A stretch of DNA of 63,634 nt, filler included, from Atractiella rhizophila (GCA_021432655.1; 4 parts of 4 records of this genome joined end to end with filler, not necessarily neighbours in it), one strand, 5' to 3'; shown: positions 25,083-38,815, counted from the first letter of the whole stretch. The notes: generated from the letters alone by a model not told the origin. Numbers and translations are program-made.

Positions 25083-25860
25083 CTATTCCCATGGTTGTGA
25101 TATTGGTCTTGATAGTACAGATGAGGGTCGCGATTCAGGAGACATCAATGGATCTCTTAGTTTTCGTTTTGGTTTTCTTTTCCGGGCCTTGCGATTATTA
25201 CTTTGCGATCGTACCAACTGCTGCCTGGTCAATGGATTCGACGAGCAATGGCATGAAAAGTCCATCATGACCTCCCAAATAGGTCTGATAGATCGATTGA
25301 CTTGCTGAATCCAACAAGTTGACAGATCTGTCACATTGCGGCAGAAATCCCCCGCCTTTGGTCGCACATCTGTTCTCAGCTGCCACTATATACCGTTCAC
25401 TACATTAATCACCATACCTGCTCTCACTTGTAGCGTTGATTCTGGAGGGGAAAGGTTACAATTTGTCAGTACCGTGAGAAAAGGGTCGTCAGGATCATCT
25501 CAACCTTTTGATGTGGCATGTTGAATGGGAAACGAGTTTGCTGGAGCTCTGAGATCTGACCCATGTTCAGGATTCACTGTCCAGACGAGTCGAGCCACTC
25601 AGCCTCGTATTCCATCTAACTTCCTCCATTGTGTGATTTCTCCTGCTTCGAAGCATATTGTCTCAGTTTGTGGGTTTGCCGCCTGACTAACTCCTTCCCC
25701 AGATCCCGCCCTGCATTGTGCTTGCATGGAGTGAAAATAGAAAGTTGTCAGATTATGGTGGGAGACGTTGTTCAATTTTGTTGTAAAGCCTTCTGTTTGC
25801 TTTTTTTTAGTTCAAATCGTTCGACATGAATGCCTCATTTTTCAACTTGCTTTAGGCTCC
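25083..25860 (-). pseudogene. Decayed coding relic (pseudogene or transposon fragment), family unknown
   Basis: One minus frame reads SLKQVEK*GIHVERFELKKSKQKALQQN*TTSPTII*QLSIFTPCKHNAGRDLGKELVRRQTHKLRQYASKQ with repeated TGA stops; residual splice-like signals downstream. Confidence 0.25.
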
Positions 25861-28029
25861 ATGCACACTGGCAGAGCCTCACAATATAAAATTTAAAAAA
25901 TTTGAATGGGAACTGGGCAGAGAGAGAAGGCAACGCGTCTCCATTGAGCCCCTCCAAGTGCTTTAAAATTTGGGCTGTGGTCGCTTCAATGATTGAACAA
26001 AGACATCATGATGCACTGAGCATCGGGAACCCTTTTAGGCTGAAGGTTTGCGAGGCTAATTATGACAATGGGGACAGATCGCAAAGGCACTTCCCATTCC
26101 TCTCCCTTGGACACACACTGTCTGAAGACGTAGAACCCAGTGCTGAACCCGACCCACTCGCCGCCCCTCGCCGTCCCACCTTTGTCTCATGCGATCAGAA
26201 TCCCATTTTGACGATCCGACCCATCTCAGCCCCTCCATCTGCCCCAATGAACCGCAATGGATGGATGAATTGGTTGATTATCCGTGTAATTGATTGCTCC
26301 ATTGGGTCGCAGTCGACGGGTTTGGGTGGCCATCTGGACTCTGGACTCTTGCATCGCATCGCGTTGGGGATCGAGGTTCTTGTTTTCTGTGACTTCTCTC
26401 TCCTTCGAGATTTGCATTTGCATTTCCATATCTCATCTCGCCGCTTTTGGAGCAACAGGGAGAAGATTTGGATCAAAGATCTCAAGACCTTCGTGAGTCC
26501 TGTCCCTCTGGCTCTGCATGCGATTCTGGGTTCGTTCAACGTTCAGAACGTTCAGTATGTTCAGTGGGGGAGAACTTGAGATGGAAGGCGTCCCNNNNNN
26601 NNNNNNNNNNNNNNNNNNNNNNNNNNNNNNNNNNNNNNTTAATTAATTAANNNNNNNNNNNNNNNNNNNNNNNNNNNNNNNNNNNNNNNNNNNNCTTATC
26701 TCCTGCCTCTCTTTCCACCATTTCCTTCGCGCACACGCAGTTTATCCATCCCAGCCCACTTATACTCTCCTCAGCAGGCAGAACTTCGGTCATTGAGCGA
26801 GGAGTGGACTTTGCTCCAGGCAGATTCGCGTCTCAATAGAAGAGGACGAAACACCATTAAGAAGAACTTCGACGCTGTGGATGATCCATAGAAAGACGTG
26901 AAGATCGAGGATTGGCGCTGAGCTGAGGATAGCACAAGGTGGACATGTTCTTCGCAGCTATTTATTTAACAACAAGGGATTAGGCATGCGATTGTGGACT
27001 TCCATTCAGACGCTGCACTTCTTCTAGCCTTGAAAGAGAGCCTTCCGGTACATCAGAGAAGTAAAGATGGCGATTGAACAGAATAAAGACGTCCGAATGA
27101 TCAAGCATTGGAGGAACGAGAGCTATGCAAGAAACCACATTTAAGCTTGCTGATGGGCGACGGGGTTAACATAATAGGAGAAGATGTAAAACCGACACGG
27201 TAGAGCGCAATTTAGCAGTCCTCAAGTGTGTTTATATACCGCTGTCTGTAAGTGGTGAGAAATCATAGATTTTCCTAAGAAAGTATGGCAGTGAATCCTT
27301 CAGAAGGTCGTATTTACAGTAAACGAAGCTCTAAAACAAATTGGCTTCGATATCATCCTCAGACTCAGACGAACCTTGCTGGTCCTTTCTGCACTGAGGA
27401 CCTACAGAAAGCGAAAAGGCTATCGTAGTGCCAGTTAACGATAGCAATTATTGCATAGGATTTGAACACCTTTGGATCAGTGAAGGGACTACAAGACCAT
27501 CTATGGAATAGTACGCTTCAATTCACAACAAGGAATTAGAATTTAGGGAGAAAACAACAAAGCATGTCCTGTTTCCTCTAGCTACATCTTCACAGTTACT
27601 GGGGAGAGTGAGTCCGAGTCCGTCCAGCGAGCTGGAGGTGGAGAGCAATGGTGAGAAGGGAGAAAAGCCTGAGGTACACACGAGATGGAAGCAGGGCAGG
27701 AAGGCGAATAGGGAAATCACAAACATGAGGATAGTGAAAGGAAGAGACATGAAGTCTTCAAGTTAGTACTGAGCTGAGGCGCGGAAATACCGAGAAAACA
27801 TGAAAGTTCGCTCATACAGGGAGAATATAAACTGGTGAAGGAAGAGCAGGTCTACAGAGGGGTTATGCATTAGGCTGAAAGCTTGTGGTCAAAGGAGATA
27901 CAGATGTCAAACAATCTGAAACGGATAGGCTGACAGTTTTGCGAAAAAAGAGTGCTTAATCCGACCAGGTGCTGACACACACGTAAACAGATTGAAATCC
28001 CCTATGTCAACCCCTGACCAAACTCACAT

Positions 28030-28677
28030 TACTTCAGCACACTAGCAACACACAACTTGAAGAACAACCCACCCCTTTCTGCTAACATCTCCTCTACCTT
28101 CTTCGCCCATTTATTACTCTTGTACTTCGGCAACCTTCTATGATCGTATCCGATGCTCTTGAAGTCTTCCTTGTTTAACATATCCTAGATTGGTGGTGCA
28201 CAGTTGACGACGAACAACATGTCCTCTTCTTTGGTAGTGGGAGGACATGCGAGGGGGCAATGTGCATGTGTCTCGAGATTTTGGAGATGTCCTTATTCGG
28301 AGCCAGGGCACAGCTCGCAGGATCTACTTCTACCACTTCACCCTTCTCCTCGACTAGGATAGCTCGTGCCCACTTGAGAGCGTTTTCAAAGTCAATTACT
28401 ATCCCGACGTGAACAGGCATCTAGGTCGCAACTATACATCAGAACGAAGGGGGCTAACTGCGGTGAATCCTTACGTTGAGCGAGAGACGATCTAAGTAAA
28501 GGTGATGGCTTGAACGGAAGGGAAGATAGTAGTTTCGATCTTCGAGGAGAACGCGTCCCAAGAGCACGTGATGTCTCCTCAGGGGCAATGAGGAGCTGTC
28601 GATATATCGTCGTAGTTCGTGTGTTCCTGTGGCAAAGGCAAAGGGCTTTGAAGTGGTTCCAGAACACGATCGGACAT
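28030..28677 (-). pseudogene. Disrupted small gene of unknown function
   Basis: Protein-like pieces GIVIDFENALKWARAILVEEKGE and EEDMLFVVNCAPPI*DMLNKEDFKSIGYDHRRLPKYKSNKWAKKVEEMLAERGGLFFKLCVASVLK* lie in different frames, with a GTAAGG..TAG intron, a frameshift and stops. Confidence 0.3.
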
Positions 28678-30793
28678 CGTGATGGTACTATGTCTTCTTG
28701 CAGGGTGATTTTGTAAGACGGAAGGGGGAACATGTTTATTGTCGCAATCGGCAGTGTACATTTTACGCGCTTTTTCTAGTATATTACAAAATTTCGTACT
28801 TTCTCGTTAGAAAGAGTGTCGAAATTCGTAGCTTGATCAGAAGAAGAAAGAAGTTGCTTTGAAATCTAAAACATGCGGCCGAGTGAGTATTGGATTCTCA
28901 TCTAACCTGTGACCGACTCTTCTGAAACGAAAGTAAATGTACCATCACATTTCGATTCCAAGGCGAGCTTGTGAGAATGCAATCGAGCGAGAGAAATGTG
29001 CAATGTTTACTAGAAATTCTGGCAAATCGTTAAGGAAACGATGCTCGATTCTACCCTCAAGGTCATCGTAAACATCAGGGAACCATGCCATCACGTCGCG
29101 AGACTCTGTGCCAATGCGGGAATAAAAAATTCCTCTTCAGCATCAGCCTAACGAAGCGACAAACAACTCGGTAGCTCTGTTTCTCACAAAAGAGAAACTC
29201 ACAAGGCCGCTCATTGTTCCAGAGTTGTGAGTTTGAAGAGAGACTGGGGCGGAGGTGGCAAGAACTATTTTGAAAATATTAAAATTTTTACGCACTCTCT
29301 GAAGTATTAAAAGATATATGTGTGAAAGCAAGTGTAGAGAGACTGAGAACGTAACACTTCGTTCAATAACAAAGATCAGGATTGGGATACCAAGTCCTAA
29401 CCCTACATTTCATAATCGCTGCTGGCGAACGGACAAACAGACAAAATGAAAGTGTAAGGCCAGGTGTGCCAGATTCAATGGCCTTTGCTGGTTGGGTTCT
29501 GGAGGAGAGAGATAGGGACAAAGGAAGGGTTTTACTGCTGCTCTATTGCTGCGTGAATCAAGAGATCTGAAGATGGGCTACCTGTGAGCTGGTGCCTTCC
29601 TCGTCATTATTCGGAGTGGATGGTAGCTGAACCCAGAGCTGAACCGTTGCAATTGGATGCTCATTTAGAATGAATAAAAGACATTCCACAGTCTCCGCTG
29701 ATATTTGTGCCTTTCGGCTTGCGCTTCGATCGAAGCTGGACAATCTGTGGGTTTTGCTCACGACCTTCAGGGCTAGTCGCTCCAAAGAATCATCCGGGAT
29801 CCTTTATGGACCGAGAAATACTATTTCGATGATTGTCAGTTTATAAACCTAATCTGGGTCGAGACATTGTCACGAGCTTCTCAATTTTCGACAGCTGCTG
29901 AAAAGCTTTCTTAGAACTAGGAGGGGTTTGCATAGCTACCGTTGGCTAGCACACAGATAATGTGGTTGTCAACTTGTCGAGGCCGCTCATGAACGAGGAT
30001 GATGGGACAAGTACCTCCGTACCAATCAAGAACGATTTCGTGATGAAAGAAACTCTGTAACACCTCCGATGAACAGCTGAGTTGCTTCCTGGGGACAGGA
30101 CCCTGAAGTCCTAGCCCAAGTGGAGATCAGATGCAGTCTGTGCATGAAAGGAAGGATCTATACGCATATTAACCCAGAATTTCAATTTTCGAGCGCAAAT
30201 GACACTTTCGTACCATTGACCAATGATTTTCTCGTCCCAAAAGCTCTACCACATGCATTTTTCTCTCGTTCTAGTAGCTGCAATCTATGCAACTGTCTGA
30301 GCTCAAGCTTTGATAAATTTGATAAACATAGAGAAGCAGCGGTCTGTTACGTAACCACCTACTCCTGTCACCTCTTGCCCTCAGCCACATTTGGCGTTGA
30401 TTTTTCAGTAATGCATCTCAATCCCGATGAATGCGTTCACCGTGTGCACTTTCGCAACCGTGCAGACAGGACGTGCTCGCCCAATAACACGTCCAAACGA
30501 AACCTCGATCCCCATGTTGGGGGAAGACAAAGGGAGAGAAGGTTTTGTGCCGAAGGTGTTGATTCCAGTTTTATGATTTTCACGCGCGTCACCTAGAGAT
30601 TTCGTGTGATAGAACTGTAATCCGATGCGGCAGGACGCGTCTTTGGGCGTGCTGAACCTACCGTGTGAGAAAAATGACATTTTTCAGTTTTGGGATGGTT
30701 GTTTGGGTGAAGATTTTAACTTCGAGGGCAACGTCTTCACTTCGACGCATTCAGCGGTGATGTCCGTGGATCCCAGTCACCTATCTCAACGCA

Positions 30794-30800
30794 TATAAAA
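30794..30800 (+). promoter_or_regulatory. TATA box of the intronless 168-aa gene
   Basis: TATAAAA ending 44 nt upstream of ATG 30844. Confidence 0.55.
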
Positions 30801-30843
30801 GAGGCGCTGATGAAGGCGGTTTCCCCATAACCAACTCACGAGC

Positions 30844-31350
30844 ATGCTCTTCCACCCTGATTCGACAGGTCAATTCTCACCTCTCGGAAGCATGCATTAC
30901 GCTCCTGTTACGACCTCTTCCCTGTCCTCATCCACCTCATCGTCACTGTCCTCATCTGTTTCATCCTCTTTCTCATCTTTTTCGCTGAGAATGGAAGACT
31001 CCCCATCACGACCCTCAAAATTTCGAAAAGCCGCTTCAAAATTCAAAATCTTCAAACGAACACGACGAGCAGCCCATCCTTCCATAACTCCTTTCAGCGA
31101 ATTACTCCGTCAGTCTGGTCAGACCGTTGCCCGCGAAACAACCGAGTTCAACGATCCTCCTTCGCCTCAGTCGGACCGTCCTTTGACTCCAGAAGAGCGC
31201 ATGTCCTTCGAGTCTTTCCTCTTCCCACCGAGGATCGGAGATCTCCCCCCAGCATACAACGAAAAAGCAGAACGAAAAAGGAAGAAAGTGATTCAGCGAG
31301 AGGAGAGATTGAGGAATTTCCATGATGAGTTGAGGAGCATGGGTCTGTAA
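30844..31350 (+). CDS. Intronless 168-aa Ser-rich hypothetical protein with basic patch and PPxY motif
   Basis: Single ORF behind a canonical TATA box; KFRKAASKFKIFKRTRR, LPPAY, helical C-terminus ending DELRSMGL*. Confidence 0.6.
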   Translation: MLFHPDSTGQFSPLGSMHYAPVTTSSLSSSTSSSLSSSVSSSFSSFSLRMEDSPSRPSKFRKAASKFKIFKRTRRAAHPSITPFSELLRQSGQTVARETTEFNDPPSPQSDRPLTPEERMSFESFLFPPRIGDLPPAYNEKAERKRKKVIQREERLRNFHDELRSMGL

Positions 31351-31788
31351 TGGTTCGTACTTTCGTCCCTGTCTCTCGGACTATCTAACAAGGCATTTCT
31401 ACAGACTTCAATGTCTAGGTCATGATTTGTGACGAAAGAAAAGTTCACGATGATCGTTTCTGGTCATACCGAACACATCCAACATAAGTCAGCAATTTCG
31501 TTTGTGTTCAAGTTGATATGTGCGTTACATCGTATAGCACTCCAAGTACCTCACGCTACCAATTTGTTCTTCAGTTTTGAGTGCTCTGTTTTTTCCGTAG
31601 GGAAATGCTGTTGTCACTGAACGTCCTTGAATACTGTCTGAGAGTCGCTGCCATAGATGTTTTGTTGAACTTCTCCAATGCTTTCATCTATCCATACCAA
31701 ACATAGTAATAAATCTGCGTATACACGGTGGAGTTAAAGACACCTTTTTAACATCGAGCAAGTGAGACCAGCCCAAGGCTTCAACTTT

Positions 31789-34424
31789 CTACGCCAGTCT
31801 CCTCTGCTTCCTCCTCTTGATCCACCAAATCACCGTTGCAAAGCCGCCGAGTATCACCGTTGAACGCAGTACAATAGCCGCAATGAGAGCCTTGCGGACG
31901 GATGAGTAAAAGCTGCCCAATGCCATGCCGGCCCAATTAACGCGACTGTCTCCCGTCACAGCCACCGCGCTCTCAATTCTGTCTTGAGACTGAGACCTTT
32001 TGATCTTTTCTTCGCGGTCGGCTTTCATGCGTATGCTCCAAGACCGAACCAAACTATTATCACCGAATTGGATCAACAATCCTGACGCCTGGTGGGACGG
32101 AAAGGTGTAGAACAAACCTTCGATACCTCCAGCCAAAGAGCCAGATCAATGCGTTCACATCAGGATGTGAAAATTTCGGGAATATGCTCGTCATGCTCGC
32201 CTCCATAATGGGTGGGAGAGTGCGCATATGAACCTTCTCGTAGTCGTATTCATTCTGAGAGGAGGGGGCAGAGATATAGAAGGGGTATGTAGCTGGGGAG
32301 AGATTATGGTACATTCCGTTCGCGAAGAACAGGTCCAAAGTCATGCCGAGTGTGAGACCCCAAAGCTTGAGCTCGAGATCTCCTCGCTGTGAATGTGACG
32401 GGTGGTCGGATACAATGGGATTATTCGGAAGGAGAATGGCTCTACGGTATCATCAGCTTCGTCTCACAATTATAGGCAGCAGCTATCAGAATGGAACTTA
32501 ATGCTCACTTGAACTTCATGGAGCCTACAACCCACTTCAACAGGCTTCTCGCAAAGGGAGACTTAGGTGCCAGCCTATCAATCCGTTCAGAAAAATTATA
32601 TAACCGTGCAAGCAAACTGCAATACCTCGAGCTGATATCTACGACGACATCGCCCCATTTTACGTCTGGCCCAGTGAGGAAGTTGATGGGTATCCAATGT
32701 GCAGATGCCACTTCCGAAGGTTGAAGATCGGGATGGGGTGACTCCGGCGATGTTTGGAGGAAGACTGGCAGCGTAGGCGTTAGCAACAAGTAGGAGAAAG
32801 ATGAGCAGCTTCGAACCGAAAGGGCTGAGAACCATGAGTAACCTCTTCCCTAGACTCGTTGTGATCTCTCGATCGTCTAGGCCACCAATGTGCAGGAATT
32901 CTCTTTCGGCAAGATCGATGCCAACTTCGCAAATAGATCTTATCAGCGAGGATGCGGAGGGATGAGTGGTTAAATACCTTCTTCCCATGTCTCGCGCATG
33001 GCCTAAAGGGCAGTCAATTGGCTGATAAGTAAAAGGGGACGTGGTGACGGACGGTATACATAGGAGACTCATCATCAGGTTCCTGTTAAGCACAGTTTGA
33101 TATGTGCTCTTTTGACAGACGATAGACTCCTACCTGACGTCCACCTATCTCGTAGGGTCAGAATTTGCTTACTGCGATGGGGAAGAACTGACCAGGAAAT
33201 GCCTACTCGCCCAGGGTCAGCTTTCGTTTCGGTATTGAATTGAAGACCTACGAGGTGTGAAGACCATCTATCGCTCGACCTATCGTCCATCAAACAGAAC
33301 AAACATTGGTCGCCGTCGGAGGGAACAACAAAAACGGGCAGACCTTGTTGCTCTTTTGATATACATAATCTCTGGTGTCCCATTCTTCACCCAATCCTGC
33401 TCAAAGAACTTTTGGAGTCTATCTGTCAATGGTTCCTCAACGGATGACCGGAGGCTCGAAGACGATGCACTGGGAGCTAAAAGGTGTGTGGCATCGCCGA
33501 TAGAAGGGTGTGGGTTGGGATCAAGGTGTACGGGCCGTCGAGATGGCGACCAGCTCTCTCTCCGTGACCGTGAAGTCGTGCCAGACGGTGTAGCATAGAA
33601 GGTCGAAACAGTGGGCGATGGTGGAGGGCTCGAAGGCCGTATTCGAACGACTGGTGATGGATAGTTAGTGGTTATTCACTTGAGTTGAAAGGTTGGATTC
33701 CAAAATATAATAATCATTGGAGGGACCCTGCATTTCCATGCCAAATTCTCACTGGAGTAGTTGAAGAAAGCGGCAGAAAAGGGCAGTCGTTCCGCATCCT
33801 TCTGTCACTCTTAGTGTGATGGTACTCAAGTCTCCCAACTTATGTGTACGTGCGCAGTGCATTGTATGGCAGATGATGCTCACAGCACGCTACAGGAAGA
33901 AGCTCGAAGCCCTCACTGAATCAAGCTTATCACAGAAAAGCTTTCCTCCACTTTTCCAGTATTAACCTTGCAAAACAGAGAATAAGACTAAAGACGTTGG
34001 GTTCGCAGAATAACTCGTCCTTTACTGTTTGGGTTCTTGGATTCATACGGGCTATGGTAATGCTGTGGTAAAAGCCAACACGAAGACAAAAGATTTCGTG
34101 GATATCGTCACAAAGATGTCAGCCAGGGAGGTGCGTAAACAGTCCGCGGCTAGGTTACTCATACTCCAGCAATAGTCTGCGCGCAGGAAGCATAGTAATT
34201 CGCTCAACCTCTTCGCGCAAGAACATAGACCACGACACCTTTCTAAACAGCACAGAAGACTCACTAACAGCCACACTAGCCCTCCTCCTCCCCTCTCCTT
34301 CCCGCTCTCCAGCAATCCCAATCGTCCTCGGCTTAGTTTGCGCGACTGCAGAAAGCGCTGAGAACATGAGCTTGCTCAAACTCGTATGCTGTCCTCCATG
34401 GACTATCGAAGCGGGAGGCACCAT
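31789..34424 (-). CDS. Nudix hydrolase (fungal CoA-pyrophosphatase-like) with C-terminal membrane segment
   Basis: RRRASVAV|IVRIRP (614-nt intron 34264-33651), PEIMYIKRA, DRWSSH, AFPG, AMRETWEE|VGIDL Nudix box, LDDREITTSLGKRLLMVLSPF, LQPSEVASAHWIP, LWGLTLGMTLDL; ends WWIKRRKQRRLA*. Confidence 0.88.
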
Positions 34425-36153
34425 GTCGCACAGTTCAAGTCGAGCAGCAATCGTAATCGTCGTTGTTTTGGGTTTTTGGGGTCGGCATTGCCGGTCAGTA
34501 ACCGGACCAGGGAACACGCTACCCAAAATCTGACACCTTTGCTTCCCTTTATTTTCGAAGTACTCTATTTACTCGAAAATTACCCTTCAAGCGTGTTCTA
34601 GAGCTACTCCTTATGTTTAGGTCTCGCACTCTCGGTCACGTGGCCATCATTTTCTCCTGGACCAATATGCCCCAGCGTCAACAGTGCACCTCCTTTGCCA
34701 ATATCGTTGTCCAAACCGGGCTGCAGGGAGAACGGTTTGCGAGAAATTGTTTCTATTCCAGCCAATGCTCCGCTTTTACAACTATAGCAGCTCAACGTTT
34801 GGTGCGCCGTGCCCTTTTTTTCATCATGATGCTGGTTAGGCTGGAAGGGCCAGATTGCTTTATATGTGCATTCCTCAATGATTCGACAACACAAGTTGAA
34901 TGCCTCTCACCGTGCGAGACAAACCTCTTACCTTGCTGTGCTTTGCCTTCTACGTTGATACGTCTAAGTATCCCTGTGTGAAGCATGATTCGTGTGGGAA
35001 CACATTTCCATTACCAAATTTCCATAGTTTAGAAAGACGCGTACTTGGTGAAGTGTTAAACACCTTCCTTTACTTATTCTCAGGTGGAGAATGAACGGTC
35101 CATCGTAGATTCTGAATATTTAATTGGGTTAGAGAAGAGTATTTGTATCGCTCTTCCCATCAATGTCTTGCCATTAACTAGGAACGTCATGCTGGCCATA
35201 AGCATTACATCACTCATTACGAATGAACCTCCAAGCCACAGAAATGAGGCTCAAAGTGTAACATATAGGTGAGTTGTTAATTTCCATTGTCTCGCTAGAA
35301 TAGGATGATCCACAATGGAATGAATGGATGCCTAGTCCACCAAGAACGTCTCTACGATTTCAAAACCGGCTATCTTCGGATCAGCCTGCGTTCTGGATAT
35401 CATGAGCGAGGGTGGATGCTGATGACCTCGGAATAAGGCCAGAACTGATTCTACTTTGACTTTGCTGTCAGCTATTCAGAAACGTGCGAGGAGCTAACTT
35501 GTTTTTTTGCAGCAGAGGTGATGTTTAAACCGCGTTCCTACGTCGATAAGACGTGGCCACCTCCACGGTGTAGACGACTCATTCAAACGAGAGCGACTAG
35601 AGTAACTGGAGCAACAGGATATCGAAGACTCAGACAATTGTTGACACGGTAGTTTCGGTGGTTCAATGTCGAATGTTGTGGATTGAGAGCTCGGGATGCA
35701 GTGATAAATGCAATGATTATGATAACCCGTCGATAGTTAGAATTCTGTCCGCTTTATTAAATTCTGAACGCTTTGAACTCATTCATTGAGCTGGCTCGTG
35801 CTTGAGCTCGCGTGACTTGGAAGCCTCTCAGCTTTGTCATCAACGCTCATCAAGCCAAGGCGCACTACGGCTTCCGCACGCCAGCGAGAACAGAACCGCC
35901 ACGAACCAATACAGCACCTGATCCACACCAGCCAGCATTCCAGCACTTAAGCTCCCTCGTTGCATTACAGAAACTGACCGCTTACGAATTCCGCCATCAA
36001 AAGGTTAGATTGGTGTTGGAAGGCCCTGACAGTCGCTAACGAACAAGATTGGGACTCGAGCAACAATTGCTTGTTGGCTTTGAGCTTAGATCGTGCGTTT
36101 ATTATTTTCTGTTGTGTATTACACTTGGGAAATAGTGTTAATGGGATTGTGGG

Positions 36154-38004
36154 ATGGGAAGACGACATCGGCCATCTCCCTATCGTTCCTGTCAGCAAGA
36201 GAGAAGAGACGAGATGTTGAAGTCTCTCCGTTCCGCCATGTCCTCTTCTTCCAAGAAGGAGAAGCAGGCGAAGAAGAACACCGCTACCGTCGACGACTTC
36301 ATCAACGGCGGATCCGCCCAAGCCCCAGGCGGTGACGATTCAGCCGACACCACCCATGCTGCGACCTCCTATTCCCAGCCCAACAACTCCAGCACCAACT
36401 TCGCTCCCTCCGCCTCAAACGGCAAAGACAAAGGCGCTTCCACATCCTCCAAGTCCTCAAAACGCACAAGGACCGGAGGTTCCCCTCCTCCTGAGGGGCG
36501 GAGCGGCAGTCAGAGCACGACGACGACCACATCGACGGGTACGACTGGCGGCGCTCCGAGTGGAGCATCGACTGGAACTCCTTCGGCGTCTCAGCATTCT
36601 TTACCAAGCTCGCAAGGGAGCGGTAGACAGCCTGATATACCCACTACCACGACCATTCTATCGAATCCCCTACCCCAGGTTTTGGACGAAGGCGGGGCGA
36701 GAGGTGGGGCGAAGAAGTTAGGGAGGACGGAGACTAAGGAGAGTGGAATGGGTAATGGTAGTGGTGCTGGGCCAACTGGAGGCAGAAAGGGTACCGATGA
36801 CAGTGCGGGTACTGGCCCACAAAGTTTCGACATCGATTCCCTCATCACTCGGTTACTCAACACTTCTCTCACCACACTCTCCAACTCTACTTCGCTCAGT
36901 TCTTCATCCTCCCTCCTCAAGTCTACATCCAAATCTCCGCCCCTCAAGAACTCAGAGATCCTCGCCATCTGCTCCGCAAGTCGGGAGGTCCTCCTCTCTC
37001 AACCCACCCTGCTCGAATTGAGCCCACCGGTAAAGATTGTGGGGGATGTGCATGGCCAATACGCTGACTTGGTCAGGTTGTTCGAGATGTGCGGATGGCC
37101 GCCAGAGAGCAACTACCTCTTCCTCGGCGACTATGTCGATAGAGGGAAAATGAGCCTGGAGACCATCCTTCTCCTCCTCTGCTACAAGATCAAGTATCCG
37201 GAGAACTTCTTCCTGCTCCGTACGTACTTTCACCATCACTTTTCACATGGACATTGAGAGTTGATACTGGGTGTAAAGGGGGAAACCACGAATGCGCAAA
37301 CGTGACTCGAGTGTATGGGTTCTACGACGAATGCAAGCGTCGGTGTAACCTCAAGATCTGGAAAGCGTTCATAGACGTCTTCAACACTCTCCCCATCTGC
37401 GCCATCGTCGCCTCCAAGATCTTCTGCGTGCACGGTGGCCTCTCACCCTCCCTCTCCTCCATGGACGACATCAGGCGGATCGGCCGTCCCACAGACGTGC
37501 CCGATTATGGTCTCCTCAACGATTTGCTGTGGAGCGATCCGTCCGATACGGCGTATGATTGGGAGGACAATGAGAGAGGAGTCAGCTATTGCTTTGGCAA
37601 GATTGTGATTGGAGAATTCCTGCAGAGGTACGACTTTGACCTCATCTGCCGAGCACACATGGTTGTTGAAGATGGTGAGCTCTGTTTCCTTCCCAAATAT
37701 ATATCCACGTTGATGCATCCGGCGTTACAGGATACGAGTTCTGGAACGAAAGAACGCTGGTGACCATCTTCAGCGCACCGAACTACTGTGGCGAGTTCGA
37801 CAACTTCGGAGCCGTGATGTCGGTTTCAGAAGATCTGCTATGCGCATTCGAGCTGTTGAAACCGTTGGATGGAGCGGCGTTGAAGAAGGAGATGGCGAAG
37901 AGCAAGAAGAGGATAGCGTAGGCCGATTCAACTCCATTATTCTCATCAAGGTCCTGTTCACTAACGTGAGCATTGGATCTAGTGGGAATGGAGGGAGCGG
38001 ATAG
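36154..38004 (+). CDS. PPZ1: Ser/Thr protein phosphatase, PP1-related PPZ type, long disordered N-terminus
   Basis: [71 protein letters not shown]; start at 36154 or 36214; last exon ends GNGGSG*. Confidence 0.93.
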
Positions 38005-38815
38005 CCTGCCTGGCTAACTGTTGTCGCGTCGAGATGCTCTTTTGCACTACTCTTACTGTCTTCATCCAAGTCCGCTGCATCATGTTTATGGTAAGGCGAC
38101 TCGGTTGCTTTTCATCTCTGGCGTCCAAGGTCTGACAAATCGTGATGTGACGGATGGACGATCCTTCGTCATCTGATATTTCTCCTCTCCTCTTCCTCCT
38201 TTCCTGTTTGGATTCTGGATTGTTTTCAAAACTCATCTTTTTTCTGTTTCGTTGGGCTTCGGATTTTCTCTCCTCCGTTCATCCATCCGTCCATCAATAG
38301 GGTATCACAACTCCTCTCCTCTTCCAATTCAATCAATCAGTCTCATCCACGGCGCGATTTCTACCACCCTGGTTCCATCAGGATAACAACTTTGAAATTC
38401 GTTTTGACTGTCAAGCGAAAACAAGTAGTTGATACACCTTTGTAATACGTTCCCTTCAATGTCCTCATAGCTCCTCTTGCCTTTCAAACACTGTCTCTTC
38501 CCATCCGTTGGTTTTTGGGATTGCGCCTTGACGATCTGATTGAGTCTGATTGGTTGATTTTTCTGCTTGCTTTGCCTTGTTGGACCTGTTAAAGTGGAAG
38601 CTTGAACTCTCCCCATGCCGTATATTGCCTGAAGTCAAAGGTGTATAGTCCTATGCAAATCACTTGTGTTCTTACTTCAGCTTTCTTCCGAGTCTTCCAA
38701 CCTTGCAAGGGTTCCATTGACCATTGACAAGAAACAACATGAGATGCAACTTTGTACGTTCTACAATCCAGGTCTATATCCATTTCTTCTTCATCAGATG
38801 ATGAATATCTACATG

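Noticed and set aside
26595..26694. TTAATTAATTAA palindrome embedded in Ns (also 40379-40478 and 60034-60133)
   Set aside because: Three identical 100-nt N-flanked spacers with stops in all six frames: an assembly linker, not biology.
29397..29405. CTAACCCTA resembling a telomerase RNA template
   Set aside because: A 9-nt match is expected by chance, and no supporting pseudoknot or other structure was seen.
35713..35767. C/D-box-like ATGATTA...CTGA
   Set aside because: Degenerate C box, no terminal stem and no recognisable rRNA antisense element.
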